Assembly: GCA_017427685.1 (NCBI GenBank)
Contig: JAFRSH010000027.1
Span: 2,477 to 66,476, forward strand
From: Lachnospiraceae bacterium
GTDB taxonomy: Bacteria > Bacillota > Clostridia > Lachnospirales > Lachnospiraceae
Direction of reading: 5' to 3'
DNA length: 64,000 nt
Shown here: piece by piece, positions 28,396-37,430 of the stretch
Numbering within the stretch: the stretch's first letter is position 1
How the letters are laid out: each line of letters starts with the position of its first letter
Made by a program: the position numbers and the translations under genes
Notes under the pieces: generated by a model
Database searches by the model: none
The model's input: the letters and a program-made list of their open reading frames with translations, nothing else
What the model was told of the DNA's origin: nothing

Positions 28396-28428
28396 GACGC
28401 GTTAATGTGATAAAGCGAGGATTTGCGA

Positions 28429-29541
28429 ATGAAAGACAGACTATTACACACACCCGAGGGTGTCAGAGACATATACGGCAGTGAGTGCGTACTTAAGAAG
28501 GGTCTTGAGGACAGGCTTTCCGAGAAGATGCGTCTTAACGGGTACGACATGATCGAGACTCCTGTCTTCGAGTATTTCGAAGTGTTCGGAGAGAAGAGAG
28601 GTACCGCCCGCCCGAAGGATATGTACAGATTCTTCGACAGAGAGGGCAACACGCTTGTGCTCCGTCCCGACATGACTCCTTCAGTTGCGCGTTGCGCGGC
28701 CCGTTACTACAAGGACAGCAAGGAGCCTGTGAGGATCGCATATTGCGGTAGCACTTTCATCAACAGCAGCGAGTATCAGGGCAAACCCCGCCAGAGCACA
28801 CAGCTCGGCGCCGAGCTTATCGGTGACGGAAGCGCATACGGTGATGCCGAGATGATCGCACTTACGATCGATTGCCTCCTTGAAGCGGGACTCACACAGT
28901 TCCAGGTTGAGATCGGTGACACGGCGTTCTTCACCGCGATAGCGGACGAAGCAGGGATCAAGGGCGATGAGTATGACGAGCTCGTAAGGCTCATCATTGA
29001 CAAGAACATCTTTGGTATTGAAGATCTCATTAAGAGAGAAGGCCTTGATGAAAAGTACAGGAAACTGTTCCTCGCACTTCCCTCGCTGTTCGGCTCTGTC
29101 GACAGACTTGAGGACTTCAAAAAGCTTACAGACAACAAGGCTGCAATCGAAGCGATCGAGCGACTTGAGAAGATCTACGAGATCATGAAGATCTACGGCT
29201 ACGATGATTATATCGGGTTCGACCTCGGTATGCTCAGCAGCTACAGATACTACACAGGCATCATCTTCAGCGCCTTTACGTACGGACTCGGCGAAGCGCT
29301 TGTTGCGGGCGGCCGCTATGACAAGCTCGCAGGCCAGTTCGGTATCGACAGACCCGCAGTCGGTATGGCTGTTTATGTGGAGCGCATGATGGAAGCTCTC
29401 GTGAGAAACGGTTGCGTCAGAGGCGAGCACGAGCCGCAGAAGACAGCCGTTGAAGCGGATGAGAACTCTTATGCAAAGGCCCTTAAAGAGGCAAGAGAAC
29501 TCAGAAAAGCCGGGAAGCCTGCATATATTAAAGTGAAATGA
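28429..29541 (+). CDS. hisZ: ATP phosphoribosyltransferase regulatory subunit
   Basis: HisRS-like catalytic-core paralog (LHTPEGVRDIYG, LRPDMTPSVAR, GGRYD) without an anticodon-binding domain. Sits directly upstream of a short-form hisG. Confidence 0.85.
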   Translation: MKDRLLHTPEGVRDIYGSECVLKKGLEDRLSEKMRLNGYDMIETPVFEYFEVFGEKRGTARPKDMYRFFDREGNTLVLRPDMTPSVARCAARYYKDSKEPVRIAYCGSTFINSSEYQGKPRQSTQLGAELIGDGSAYGDAEMIALTIDCLLEAGLTQFQVEIGDTAFFTAIADEAGIKGDEYDELVRLIIDKNIFGIEDLIKREGLDEKYRKLFLALPSLFGSVDRLEDFKKLTDNKAAIEAIERLEKIYEIMKIYGYDDYIGFDLGMLSSYRYYTGIIFSAFTYGLGEALVAGGRYDKLAGQFGIDRPAVGMAVYVERMMEALVRNGCVRGEHEPQKTAVEADENSYAKALKEARELRKAGKPAYIKVK

Positions 29542-29687
29542 TTTGCCGGAATGACAAATCTCCGGGATCACGGCATAAGGCGGCATCATCCGAAACAAGC
29601 CCTATGAGAAGGTAATACAGATCCGGCGCATGTTAATTACAGACAGCGATCATTTTCGGATAAAGAGAAACAATAGAGAGGTAACAC

Positions 29688-30338
29688 ATGAGATACATTA
29701 CTATAGCACTTGCGAAAGGACGTCTCGCCAAGCAGACGATGGAGATCCTCAAAAAGCTCGGGATCACATGTCCCGAGATGGAGGACAAGGATTCCAGGAA
29801 GCTCATTTTCACAAATGAGGAGCTCGGACTCAGGTTCTTCCTTGCGAAGGCGAACGACGTGCCCACATATGTTGAATACGGCGCAGCCGACATCGGGATC
29901 GTCGGAAAGGATACGATCGTTGAGGAGGCCAGATCGCTCTACGAGGTACTCGACCTCAACCTCGGCAAATGCAGGATGTGCGTAGCGGGTCCCGAATCCG
30001 CAAGGTCGCTTCTTGATTCCTCACTCCCGCTGAGGGTTGCGACCAAGTACCCCAGGATCGCCAAGGATTACTTCTACAACGAGCGACACCAGTCGGTGGA
30101 GATCATCAAGCTCAACGGTTCGATCGAGCTTGCACCGATCGTCGGACTTTCGGACGTGATCGTGGATATCGTTGAGACTGGTTCGACACTTCGCGAGAAC
30201 GGCCTCAAGGTACTCTGCGAGATCATGCCGCTGTCCGCAAGAATGGTAGTCAACCGCGTGAGCCTCAAGATGGAGCAGGAGCGTATCAGGAAGCTGATCG
30301 CAGACATGCGCGAAGTTATCGAGCAGAAGGAAGAGTAA
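29688..30338 (+). CDS. hisG: ATP phosphoribosyltransferase, short form
   Basis: IALAKGRL, GIVGKD and VDIVETGSTLRENGL. 216 aa. Confidence 0.9.
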   Translation: MRYITIALAKGRLAKQTMEILKKLGITCPEMEDKDSRKLIFTNEELGLRFFLAKANDVPTYVEYGAADIGIVGKDTIVEEARSLYEVLDLNLGKCRMCVAGPESARSLLDSSLPLRVATKYPRIAKDYFYNERHQSVEIIKLNGSIELAPIVGLSDVIVDIVETGSTLRENGLKVLCEIMPLSARMVVNRVSLKMEQERIRKLIADMREVIEQKEE

Positions 30339-30350
30339 GGAGAAACTAAT

Positions 30351-31640
30351 ATGAAGATTATTAAGCTGGATGAATCATCAAAGAAAGAGATATTAAGTAA
30401 TCTTATAAAGAGGAGCCCCGGTCAGTACAGAGAGTACGAGGACAAGGTTGCGGCGATCGTCGGTGACGTCAGAGCGCGCGGCGACGAGGCTGTTGCCCAG
30501 TACACAAAGAAGTTCGACGGATTTGACCTTACGCCCGAGAACATCCTCGTGACTCAGGCTGAGATCGATGACGCTTATGCTAAAGCAGGCGAGAAGCTCG
30601 TCTCAGTCATCAGAAAAGCAGCTGCCAACATTCGTGATTTCCACGAGCGTCAGAAGGAGCTCTCCTGGTTCGAGAACCCTTCGGAGGGCATCTTCCTCGG
30701 ACAGAAGGTCGTTCCCCTAAAACGCGCCGGCGTTTATGTGCCCGGAGGCAAGGCTGCTTACCCCTCGTCGGTACTTATGAACGTTATCCCCGCGAGAGTT
30801 GCCGGTGTTGACGAAGTCATCATGTGCACACCTCCCGGAAAAGACGGCGTGATCTACGAGGGAACTCTCGTGGCAGCCAAGGAAGCCGGAGTTGACAAGA
30901 TATACAAGGTCGGCGGCGCACAGGCGATCGCTGCAATGGCATTCGGAACCGAATGCGTCCCGAGGGTGGACAAGATAACCGGACCGGGTAACATATACGT
31001 TGCTCTCGCAAAGAAAGCCGTTTACGGCAATGTGAGCATAGATTCGATCGCAGGCCCCAGTGAGATACTTGTGCTTGCGGACGAGACAGCCAATCCTTCG
31101 TTCGTTGCGGCCGATCTTCTTTCACAGGCAGAGCATGACGAGCTCGCGTGCGCGATCCTTATCACCACGAGCCCCGAGCTTGCCGAGAAGGTTAACAAGG
31201 AAACGGAGCGCATGACGAAGGAGATGCCCCGTGAGAAGATCATCAGTGCTTCTCTCGGCAGCTACGGCTACATACTCATCGCGGACAACATGCGTGACGC
31301 GATCGATGCGGTTGACGAGATCGCTCCCGAGCACCTTGAGATCCAGACCAGGGATGCATACGGCGACATGCTGAAGGTCAGAAATGCCGGTGCGATCTTC
31401 CTCGGACCTTACTCGAGTGAACCGCTCGGCGACTACTGGGCAGGCCCGAACCACATCCTTCCCACGAACGGAACAGCAAGATTTTTCTCCGCAGTCGGAG
31501 TATATGATTTCATTAAGAAGTCAAGTGTGATATCATATTCGAAGGAAGCACTTGAAGCCGCACACGAAGATATCGAGTTCTTCGCGCGTGCAGAGGGACT
31601 TTTCGCACATGCTGCTTCTGTTGCTGAGAGATTTAAGTAA
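30351..31640 (+). CDS. hisD: Histidinol dehydrogenase
   Basis: GGAQAIAAMAFGT, GPGNIYVALAK, SQAEHD and HLE motifs. Confidence 0.9.
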   Translation: MKIIKLDESSKKEILSNLIKRSPGQYREYEDKVAAIVGDVRARGDEAVAQYTKKFDGFDLTPENILVTQAEIDDAYAKAGEKLVSVIRKAAANIRDFHERQKELSWFENPSEGIFLGQKVVPLKRAGVYVPGGKAAYPSSVLMNVIPARVAGVDEVIMCTPPGKDGVIYEGTLVAAKEAGVDKIYKVGGAQAIAAMAFGTECVPRVDKITGPGNIYVALAKKAVYGNVSIDSIAGPSEILVLADETANPSFVAADLLSQAEHDELACAILITTSPELAEKVNKETERMTKEMPREKIISASLGSYGYILIADNMRDAIDAVDEIAPEHLEIQTRDAYGDMLKVRNAGAIFLGPYSSEPLGDYWAGPNHILPTNGTARFFSAVGVYDFIKKSSVISYSKEALEAAHEDIEFFARAEGLFAHAASVAERFK

Positions 31641-31741
31641 TAAACGCATTTTAGGAATGCGAGAGGACCCTGGGTACTTTTAGGGGTTGACCATGAGAAA
31701 TGCATTTGGTAATAACGAAATGCTGAGATGAAGGGAGAATT

Positions 31742-32329
31742 ATGGGTAGAAAAGCTACGGTTGAGAGGAATACAAACGAGACAAAGATCGTTGTGAGCGT
31801 TGATCTTGACGGAACAGGCGCATCACAGATCTACACGGGCATCGGGTTCTTTGATCACATGCTCACGCTTTTTGCTAAGCACGCATGCATCGATCTGTCG
31901 GTTAAGACAGAGGGAGACCTGTTTGTTGACGGACATCACAGTGTTGAGGACACCGGTATCGTGATCGGCCAGGCCATCAGGAACGCACTCGGTGACAAGG
32001 CAGGGATCACACGATACGGCAATTTCCTCCTTCCCATGGATGAGACACTTGTGCTGTGTGCTACCGACCTGTGCGGAAGACCTTATCTCGGATTTGATCT
32101 GTCGTTCACGGCACCCGTTATCGGAGGCCTTGATACACAGCTCGTCCGCGAGTTCTTCTACGCGCTTTCATACAGTATCGGAGCAAGCATACACCTCAAG
32201 CAACTGGCCGGTGTTAACGATCACCACATCAGTGAGGCTGCTTTCAAGGGTTTCGGAAGGGCGCTCAGGCAGGCGGTTTCCTACGATCCCAAAGAGAAGG
32301 GAATACCCTCCACTAAAGGAGTAATTTGA
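31742..32329 (+). CDS. hisB: Imidazoleglycerol-phosphate dehydratase
   Basis: ERNTNETKI, DGHHSVEDTGI and NDHHISEAAFKGFGRAL. Confidence 0.9.
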   Translation: MGRKATVERNTNETKIVVSVDLDGTGASQIYTGIGFFDHMLTLFAKHACIDLSVKTEGDLFVDGHHSVEDTGIVIGQAIRNALGDKAGITRYGNFLLPMDETLVLCATDLCGRPYLGFDLSFTAPVIGGLDTQLVREFFYALSYSIGASIHLKQLAGVNDHHISEAAFKGFGRALRQAVSYDPKEKGIPSTKGVI

Positions 32330-32335
32330 ATTGAG

Positions 32336-32423
32336 CATACGGCTCTCCCTGCCACATGTATTGTTCCAAAAACGCTGACGCTTTAATTGTTTTTGGAACA
32401 ACACATGGTCGCGGTCGAGCCTG
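32336..32423 (+). repeat. Interspersed palindromic repeat, family B (copy B1)
   Basis: CATACGGCTCTCCCTGCCACATGT-ATTGTTCCAAAAAC...GTTTTTGGAACAAC-ACATGGTCGCGGTCGAGCC. Near-identical to the copy at 33283. The termini resemble the family A arms. Confidence 0.85.
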
Positions 32424-32438
32424 TTAAAGTGACCTACC

Positions 32439-32510
32439 AGGGTGCCTGGTATTGTTAAAAAGATGTTAGGAACGAAGTTCTTAACAGGTTTTTAACAGTA
32501 CCTGGCTCCC
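32439..32510. repeat. Long imperfect palindrome, family C (copy C1)
   Basis: AGGGTGCCTGGTATTGTTAAAAAGATGTTAGG...CTTAACAGGTTTTTAACAGTACCTGGCTCCC. Homologous to the copies at 43301 and 44439. Confidence 0.8.
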
Positions 32511-32557
32511 GGTAAAAGAAAAATGTAAAAAGAAAAAGAGTAATAAGGAATTAAGCT

Positions 32558-33274
32558 ATGAGAATATACCCCGCAATAGACATCAGAAACGGCAAGGCTG
32601 TCAGGCTCAAGATGGGCAACTATGACGACATGACCGTTTACGGTGACGATCCGGTTAAGATCGCACTTGATTTCAAGACACTCGGTGCTCAGTACATCCA
32701 TGTGGTCGATCTTGATGCCGCACGTGTCGGAGAATCCGAGAATTCCAAGGTGATCGGAAGGATCGCTGTCGAAAGCGGTCTGCCCGTTCAGACCGGAGGC
32801 GGGATCAGGACGCTTGAGAACATTGAGACAAAGCTTGCTGCAGGTGTGACGAGAGTCATCATCGGAACACGTGCCGTTCAGGAGCCCGAGTTCGTCGGCA
32901 AGGCGATCGAACGCTTCGGTGCGGACAGGATAGTGGTCGGACTTGATGCCAAGAACGGCAAGGCTGCTGTTCACGGCTGGGAAGTCGAGAGCGACAAGAC
33001 TGTAATCGACCTTACGGAGCAGTTCCGTGATATGGGCGTTCAGACCATCGTTTACACCGACATCTCACGTGACGGAATGCTCAGCGGACCCGATGTGATC
33101 ACGACCGAGAAGCTTGTGGATATCACGGGTCTCGATATCATCGCTTCGGGAGGAGTCGGGTCGTCGTTCGATCTCGAGAGGCTCGAAGAGATAGGAGTCG
33201 AAGGCGTTATCATCGGGAAGGCCTATTATGAGGGCAAGGTAGACTTAAGGAAAGAAATACCTAAATACATGTAA
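32558..33274 (+). CDS. hisA: ProFAR isomerase (HisA)
   Basis: IYPAIDIRNGKAVRL, VQTGGGIR and IASGGV. 238 aa. Confidence 0.9.
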   Translation: MRIYPAIDIRNGKAVRLKMGNYDDMTVYGDDPVKIALDFKTLGAQYIHVVDLDAARVGESENSKVIGRIAVESGLPVQTGGGIRTLENIETKLAAGVTRVIIGTRAVQEPEFVGKAIERFGADRIVVGLDAKNGKAAVHGWEVESDKTVIDLTEQFRDMGVQTIVYTDISRDGMLSGPDVITTEKLVDITGLDIIASGGVGSSFDLERLEEIGVEGVIIGKAYYEGKVDLRKEIPKYM

Positions 33275-33282
33275 ACCGGTAA

Positions 33283-33369
33283 TTTCGGCTCTCCCTGCCA
33301 CATGTGTTGTTCCAAAAACGCTTACGCTTAAATTGTTTTTGGAACAACACATGGTCGCGGTCGAGCCTG
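33283..33369 (+). repeat. Family B repeat (copy B2)
   Basis: Direct repeat of B1, with only a few mismatches by eye. Confidence 0.85.
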
Positions 33370-33385
33370 ATCACAGTATACAAAA

Positions 33386-33406
33386 GGGTGCCAGTACCTG
33401 GCTCCC
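33386..33406. repeat. Family C remnant (both outer ends, interior deleted)
   Basis: GGGTGCC-AGTACCTGGCTCCC equals the first 7 and last 14 nt of C1. Confidence 0.6.
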
Positions 33407-33433
33407 GATAGAAGGAAAAAAAGGAGTAATTAC

Positions 33434-34729
33434 ATGCAGAAGAGACTGCTTGCATACATTAACGCGGAGAACGGCATCGGGGACAACCTGATCGAGACTG
33501 CCACTCTCTATGAGAATCTGGGTATCGACGGACTGTTCGTCTATAACCACAGTGAGAACGAGACTGAGAGAGAGGAGTTCCTGCTCCTCGTGAAGGACAT
33601 GGCCAGGGTTGTCGACATCCCGATCATCATCGGATGCCGTGTCGGCAGGTTCGAGGATGTGAAGAAGGCGTTCTACACGGGTGCCGTTGCTGTATCGATC
33701 CTTCTCGGCGACATTAAGGACATGGCCCTCCTCAAGGAGAGCATCGATCGTTTCGGTGCCGCTAACATCTACGTCGAAGCAGACATGACACAGGGCAACT
33801 CTGCTCCTGTTCTTGAAGCGTACAAGAGCGGAAGACTCACGCCCTCTTGCAACATAATCGCTAAACACACATCCCAAGACGACGGCCTCAAGGCACTTGT
33901 TTCGCAGTGCGCGGGCGACCTCATCATCCGTGACAGCCTCGTTCGTAACGATATCGGAACGCTTATGTCCATCGAAAAGGTCAGCGCCGTTGCTACCAAC
34001 TTCTATGAGAACACACTTCGCGCGGACGAGGACGGTGCCGATAAGCAGGGCAGCATCATGAAGGTCAAGAGATCCCTCGAGAGCGACGGGATTGACATTA
34101 ACACCTTCAAAAGCGCGATCAGCTTCGACGACCTTAAGACTGTCGACGGACTCATCCCCTGTGTTACACAGGACTACAGGACCGGTCAGGTGCTCATGGT
34201 CGCATACATGGACAAGGAAGCGTTTGAGAAGACGGTTGAGACCGGTATCATGACTTACCATTCGAGAAGCCGCAACGAGCTTTGGGTCAAGGGACTTACT
34301 TCGGGACACTTCCAGTATGTTAAGGAGATCAGTGCTGACTGCGACAAGGACACGCTCCTGGCTAAGGTACGCCAGATCGGCGCAGCCTGCCACACAGGCG
34401 AGTACTCCTGCTTCTTTAACACCATGGTCCATCACGATTTCGACGAGAAGAATCCTTACGCGGTACTGGGGAGACTTTACGACGTAGTTATCGACAGAAA
34501 GAAGAACCCTAAGGAGGGCTCATACACCAATTACCTCTTTGACAAGGGAATAGACAAGATCCTCAAGAAGTGCGGAGAGGAGGCTACCGAGATGGTCATC
34601 GCGGCCAAGAATCCCGGTGCCGAGGAGCTCAAGTACGAGATCGCGGATCTTATGTATCATATGACGGTGCTTATGGCAGAGTGTGGCATCGACTGGGACG
34701 ATGTTATGGGTGAACTCGCCAACAGATAA
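33434..34729 (+). CDS. hisIE: Fusion protein: degenerate HisF/HisA-like barrel domain + PR-AMP cyclohydrolase (HisI) + PR-ATP pyrophosphatase (HisE)
   Basis: C-terminal half: HisI ([49 protein letters not shown]) and HisE ([37 protein letters not shown]). The N-terminal ~230 aa align by eye to HisF ([30 protein letters not shown]) but lack the Gly-rich phosphate-binding loops. Confidence 0.8.
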   Translation: MQKRLLAYINAENGIGDNLIETATLYENLGIDGLFVYNHSENETEREEFLLLVKDMARVVDIPIIIGCRVGRFEDVKKAFYTGAVAVSILLGDIKDMALLKESIDRFGAANIYVEADMTQGNSAPVLEAYKSGRLTPSCNIIAKHTSQDDGLKALVSQCAGDLIIRDSLVRNDIGTLMSIEKVSAVATNFYENTLRADEDGADKQGSIMKVKRSLESDGIDINTFKSAISFDDLKTVDGLIPCVTQDYRTGQVLMVAYMDKEAFEKTVETGIMTYHSRSRNELWVKGLTSGHFQYVKEISADCDKDTLLAKVRQIGAACHTGEYSCFFNTMVHHDFDEKNPYAVLGRLYDVVIDRKKNPKEGSYTNYLFDKGIDKILKKCGEEATEMVIAAKNPGAEELKYEIADLMYHMTVLMAECGIDWDDVMGELANR

Positions 34730-34753
34730 CAGAAGAGCAGAGAGGAGTTTACA

Positions 34754-35308
34754 ATGCGTATAACAACAGAGAAAAACGACATCGAGTATGTACTTTTTTC
34801 GGAGGAAACGATCAGGGCGAGAGTTGCGGAGCTCGGCAAACAGCTCACCGAGATGTACAAGGACAGTGAGCCGATCATGGTCTGCATCCTTAAGGGTGCT
34901 TCGATCTTCTACACAGACCTGTGCAGACAGATGAAGACACAGATCCACATGGATTTCATGGTTGTTTCAAGCTACGGTAATGCTACACAGTCGTCAGGTG
35001 CCGTACGCCTTATCAAGGATCTTGACAACACGATCCTTAACAGGGATGTTGTTATCGTGGAGGATATCATCGACTCGGGCCTCACGCTCAAGTACCTCAA
35101 GGAGATCCTTCTCTCACGTAAGCCCCGTTCTGTCAAGACGGTCTGCCTGCTTGACAAGTTCGAGTGCCACCCCGCAGAGATCGGATGCGATATCAGCGGA
35201 TTCTCGATCAACAACAGCTTTGTTGTGGGTTACGGACTCGATTACGCCGACTACTACAGAAATCTTCCGTACATCGGTGTCCTGAAGAAGGAAGTTTACT
35301 CAGACTGA
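34754..35308 (+). CDS. hpt: Hypoxanthine phosphoribosyltransferase
   Basis: PRPP motif VVIVEDIIDSGLTL. 184 aa. Confidence 0.9.
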   Translation: MRITTEKNDIEYVLFSEETIRARVAELGKQLTEMYKDSEPIMVCILKGASIFYTDLCRQMKTQIHMDFMVVSSYGNATQSSGAVRLIKDLDNTILNRDVVIVEDIIDSGLTLKYLKEILLSRKPRSVKTVCLLDKFECHPAEIGCDISGFSINNSFVVGYGLDYADYYRNLPYIGVLKKEVYSD

Positions 35309-35331
35309 GACGAAATAATCACAAATAGTGC

Positions 35332-35360
35332 TTGCATTTTGCTTTTTGTGGTGTTATTAT
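35332..35360 (+). promoter_or_regulatory. Candidate promoter of the rimP-nusA-infB operon
   Basis: TTGCAT, 17-nt spacer, TATTAT. Confidence 0.5.
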
Positions 35361-35383
35361 CACATATGGTAATGTTGTTATGG

Positions 35384-35414
35384 AGAGTGGACCGAGCGGT
35401 CCACTCTTTCATGT
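35384..35414 (+). promoter_or_regulatory. Leader hairpin (possible attenuator/terminator) upstream of rimP
   Basis: AGAGTGGACC-gagc-GGTCCACTCT, a perfect 10-bp stem, followed by TTCATGTTGT. Lies about 25 nt after the putative -10 box. Confidence 0.4.
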
Positions 35415-35503
35415 TGTAAGTGAAGATTTACAAAGCAGCGGTTACAGCATAATTCCCGGGACGGTTTTTGAACGGTTCGGGATGACTCTTACGGGGTATC
35501 ATA

Positions 35504-35968
35504 ATGGCAAAAAAAGAAACATACGAGCAGGTGGCCACAGAGCTTGCCTTAAAGGTGACCGAACCTCTCGGGCTTGAACTTGTGGATGTCGAGTTCGTCA
35601 AAGAAGGCGGAGAGTACTACCTGCGGGTTTACATCGACAAGGAAGGCGGAGTCGGTATCAACGACTGCGAGGCCGCAAGCAGGAAGATCAGTGATCTCCT
35701 CGATGAGAAGGATCCGATCAGCGAGGCCTACATCCTCGAGGTTAGTTCGCCCGGACTCTTCAGAGTCCTAAAAAAGGACAAGGATCTTGAACGCAGCATC
35801 GGCAAGACGGTACTTGTCAAATTCTTCAAGGCGATCGACGGCGAGAAGCAACTGCGAGGTGAGCTTGAGAGCTTCGACTCTTCCGGCATAAGCGTTAAGG
35901 TAGACGGAACAAGCAGAACCGTGAACAGAGAAAACGTTGCGAAGATCTCGCTCGACCCGGATCTTTAA
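35504..35968 (+). CDS. rimP: Ribosome maturation factor RimP
   Basis: LELVDVEFVKEGGEYYLRVYID and EVSSPG motifs. Positioned upstream of nusA. Confidence 0.9.
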   Translation: MAKKETYEQVATELALKVTEPLGLELVDVEFVKEGGEYYLRVYIDKEGGVGINDCEAASRKISDLLDEKDPISEAYILEVSSPGLFRVLKKDKDLERSIGKTVLVKFFKAIDGEKQLRGELESFDSSGISVKVDGTSRTVNRENVAKISLDPDL

Positions 35969-36062
35969 GACAGGGTACCAAGGAACCATTTGGAAGCAAA
36001 CCGGATTCATCGGACAGACTGAACCGGAAGAATAAAACAATAACACATAAAGGGAAAACGAC

Positions 36063-37160
36063 ATGAAAAAGAACGCACAAGAAAGGAAAACAAAGGAAAA
36101 CATTGACGCGAACAAGGAACTGATCATGGCACTCGACATGCTCGAGAAGGAGAAGGAGATCAGCAAGGAAGTTATGCTCGAAGCTATCGAGACATCACTT
36201 CTTGCCGCATGCAAGAACCAGTTCGGCAAAGCTGACAACATCAAGGTAACCATCAGCCGTACAACAGGTGCGGTGAGCGTTATCGCACAGAAGACGGCAG
36301 TTGCGGAAGTAACTGACCCTTCACTTGAGATCTCGATTGACGAAGCAGCCGCTCTTTATCCTACTGAGGAGATCAAGGAGGGTGATGTTGTCAACGTTGA
36401 GGTTACACCCAAGAACTTCTACAGGATCTCGGCTCAGAAGGCCAAGCAGACAGTCGTTCAGAAGATCCGCGAGGAAGAGAGAAGGATCCTCTATATGCAG
36501 TACATCGGTATCGAACACGAAGTTGTTACGGGTACCGTTCAGAGATATGTCGGCAACAATGTAAGTATCAACCTCGGTAAGGTTGACGCGCTCCTCACCG
36601 AGAACGAGCAGATCTTCGGCGAGCGCTTTGTTTCGGGCGAGAGGATCAAGGTTTATGTCACAAAGGTTGAGGATAACTCCCGCGGACCCAGGATCACTGT
36701 TTCAAGAGCACACAGGGATCTTGTAAAGCGTCTCTTTGAAGAGGAAGTTACAGAGGTTCGTGAGGGTATCGTCGAGATCAAGAGCATCTCTCGTGAGGCC
36801 GGTCAGAGAACCAAGATGGCAGTTTGGTCGAACGACCCTAACATCGACCCCGTAGGCGCATGCGTTGGTCTCAACGGTCAGAGAGTTAACGCTATCGTTG
36901 ACGAACTCAAGGGCGAGAAGATCGATATCATCGTTTGGGACGAGGATCCCGCAAGACTTATCGAGAACGCTTTGAGCCCCGCTAAGGTTGTTTCAGTGGA
37001 CGTTGATATCTACGAGAAGAGCGCCAAGGTCGTTGTTCCCGATTACCAGCTTTCTCTTGCTATCGGCAAGGAAGGCCAGAACGCACGCCTTGCAGCAAGA
37101 CTTACAGGCTACAAGATCGACATCAAGAGCGAAACTCAGAACGCAGAAGGATACTATTAA
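36063..37160 (+). CDS. nusA: Transcription termination/antitermination factor NusA
   Basis: N-terminal domain, S1 and two KH domains (RAHRDLVKRLFE, GACVGLNGQRV, AIGKEGQNARLAARLTGYKIDI). Confidence 0.95.
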   Translation: MKKNAQERKTKENIDANKELIMALDMLEKEKEISKEVMLEAIETSLLAACKNQFGKADNIKVTISRTTGAVSVIAQKTAVAEVTDPSLEISIDEAAALYPTEEIKEGDVVNVEVTPKNFYRISAQKAKQTVVQKIREEERRILYMQYIGIEHEVVTGTVQRYVGNNVSINLGKVDALLTENEQIFGERFVSGERIKVYVTKVEDNSRGPRITVSRAHRDLVKRLFEEEVTEVREGIVEIKSISREAGQRTKMAVWSNDPNIDPVGACVGLNGQRVNAIVDELKGEKIDIIVWDEDPARLIENALSPAKVVSVDVDIYEKSAKVVVPDYQLSLAIGKEGQNARLAARLTGYKIDIKSETQNAEGYY

Positions 37161-37417
37161 TGGCTAAAGGTAAGATACCGGTTCGTAAATGTACGGGTTG
37201 CGGCGAGATGATGCCCAAGAAGGAGATGGTCAGGGTGATCCTGACACCCGAGGGCAGTATCGAGCTTGATCTCACGGGCAAGAAGAACGGCCGCGGCGCA
37301 TATATCTGTCGCAGTCGCGAATGCCTCGAAAAGGCGCTTAAGACACACGGCCTCGAGAGATCTTTGAAAGCCGCGATCCCTGAAGAGATAGCAAAACAGC
37401 TCATGGCAGAGATCTAG
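37160..37417 (+). CDS. ylxR: YlxR/RnpM-family (DUF448) RNA-binding protein
   Basis: RKCTGCGEM...GRGAYIC motif. TAATG overlap with nusA. Confidence 0.85.
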   Translation: MAKGKIPVRKCTGCGEMMPKKEMVRVILTPEGSIELDLTGKKNGRGAYICRSRECLEKALKTHGLERSLKAAIPEEIAKQLMAEI

Positions 37418-37430
37418 CGGGGAGGACAAC

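Noticed and set aside
28270-28428. Possible His T-box leader upstream of hisZ.
   Set aside because: The leader is only about 70 nt. No T-box consensus, specifier loop or terminator/antiterminator alternative was seen. It is reported only as a promoter plus palindrome.
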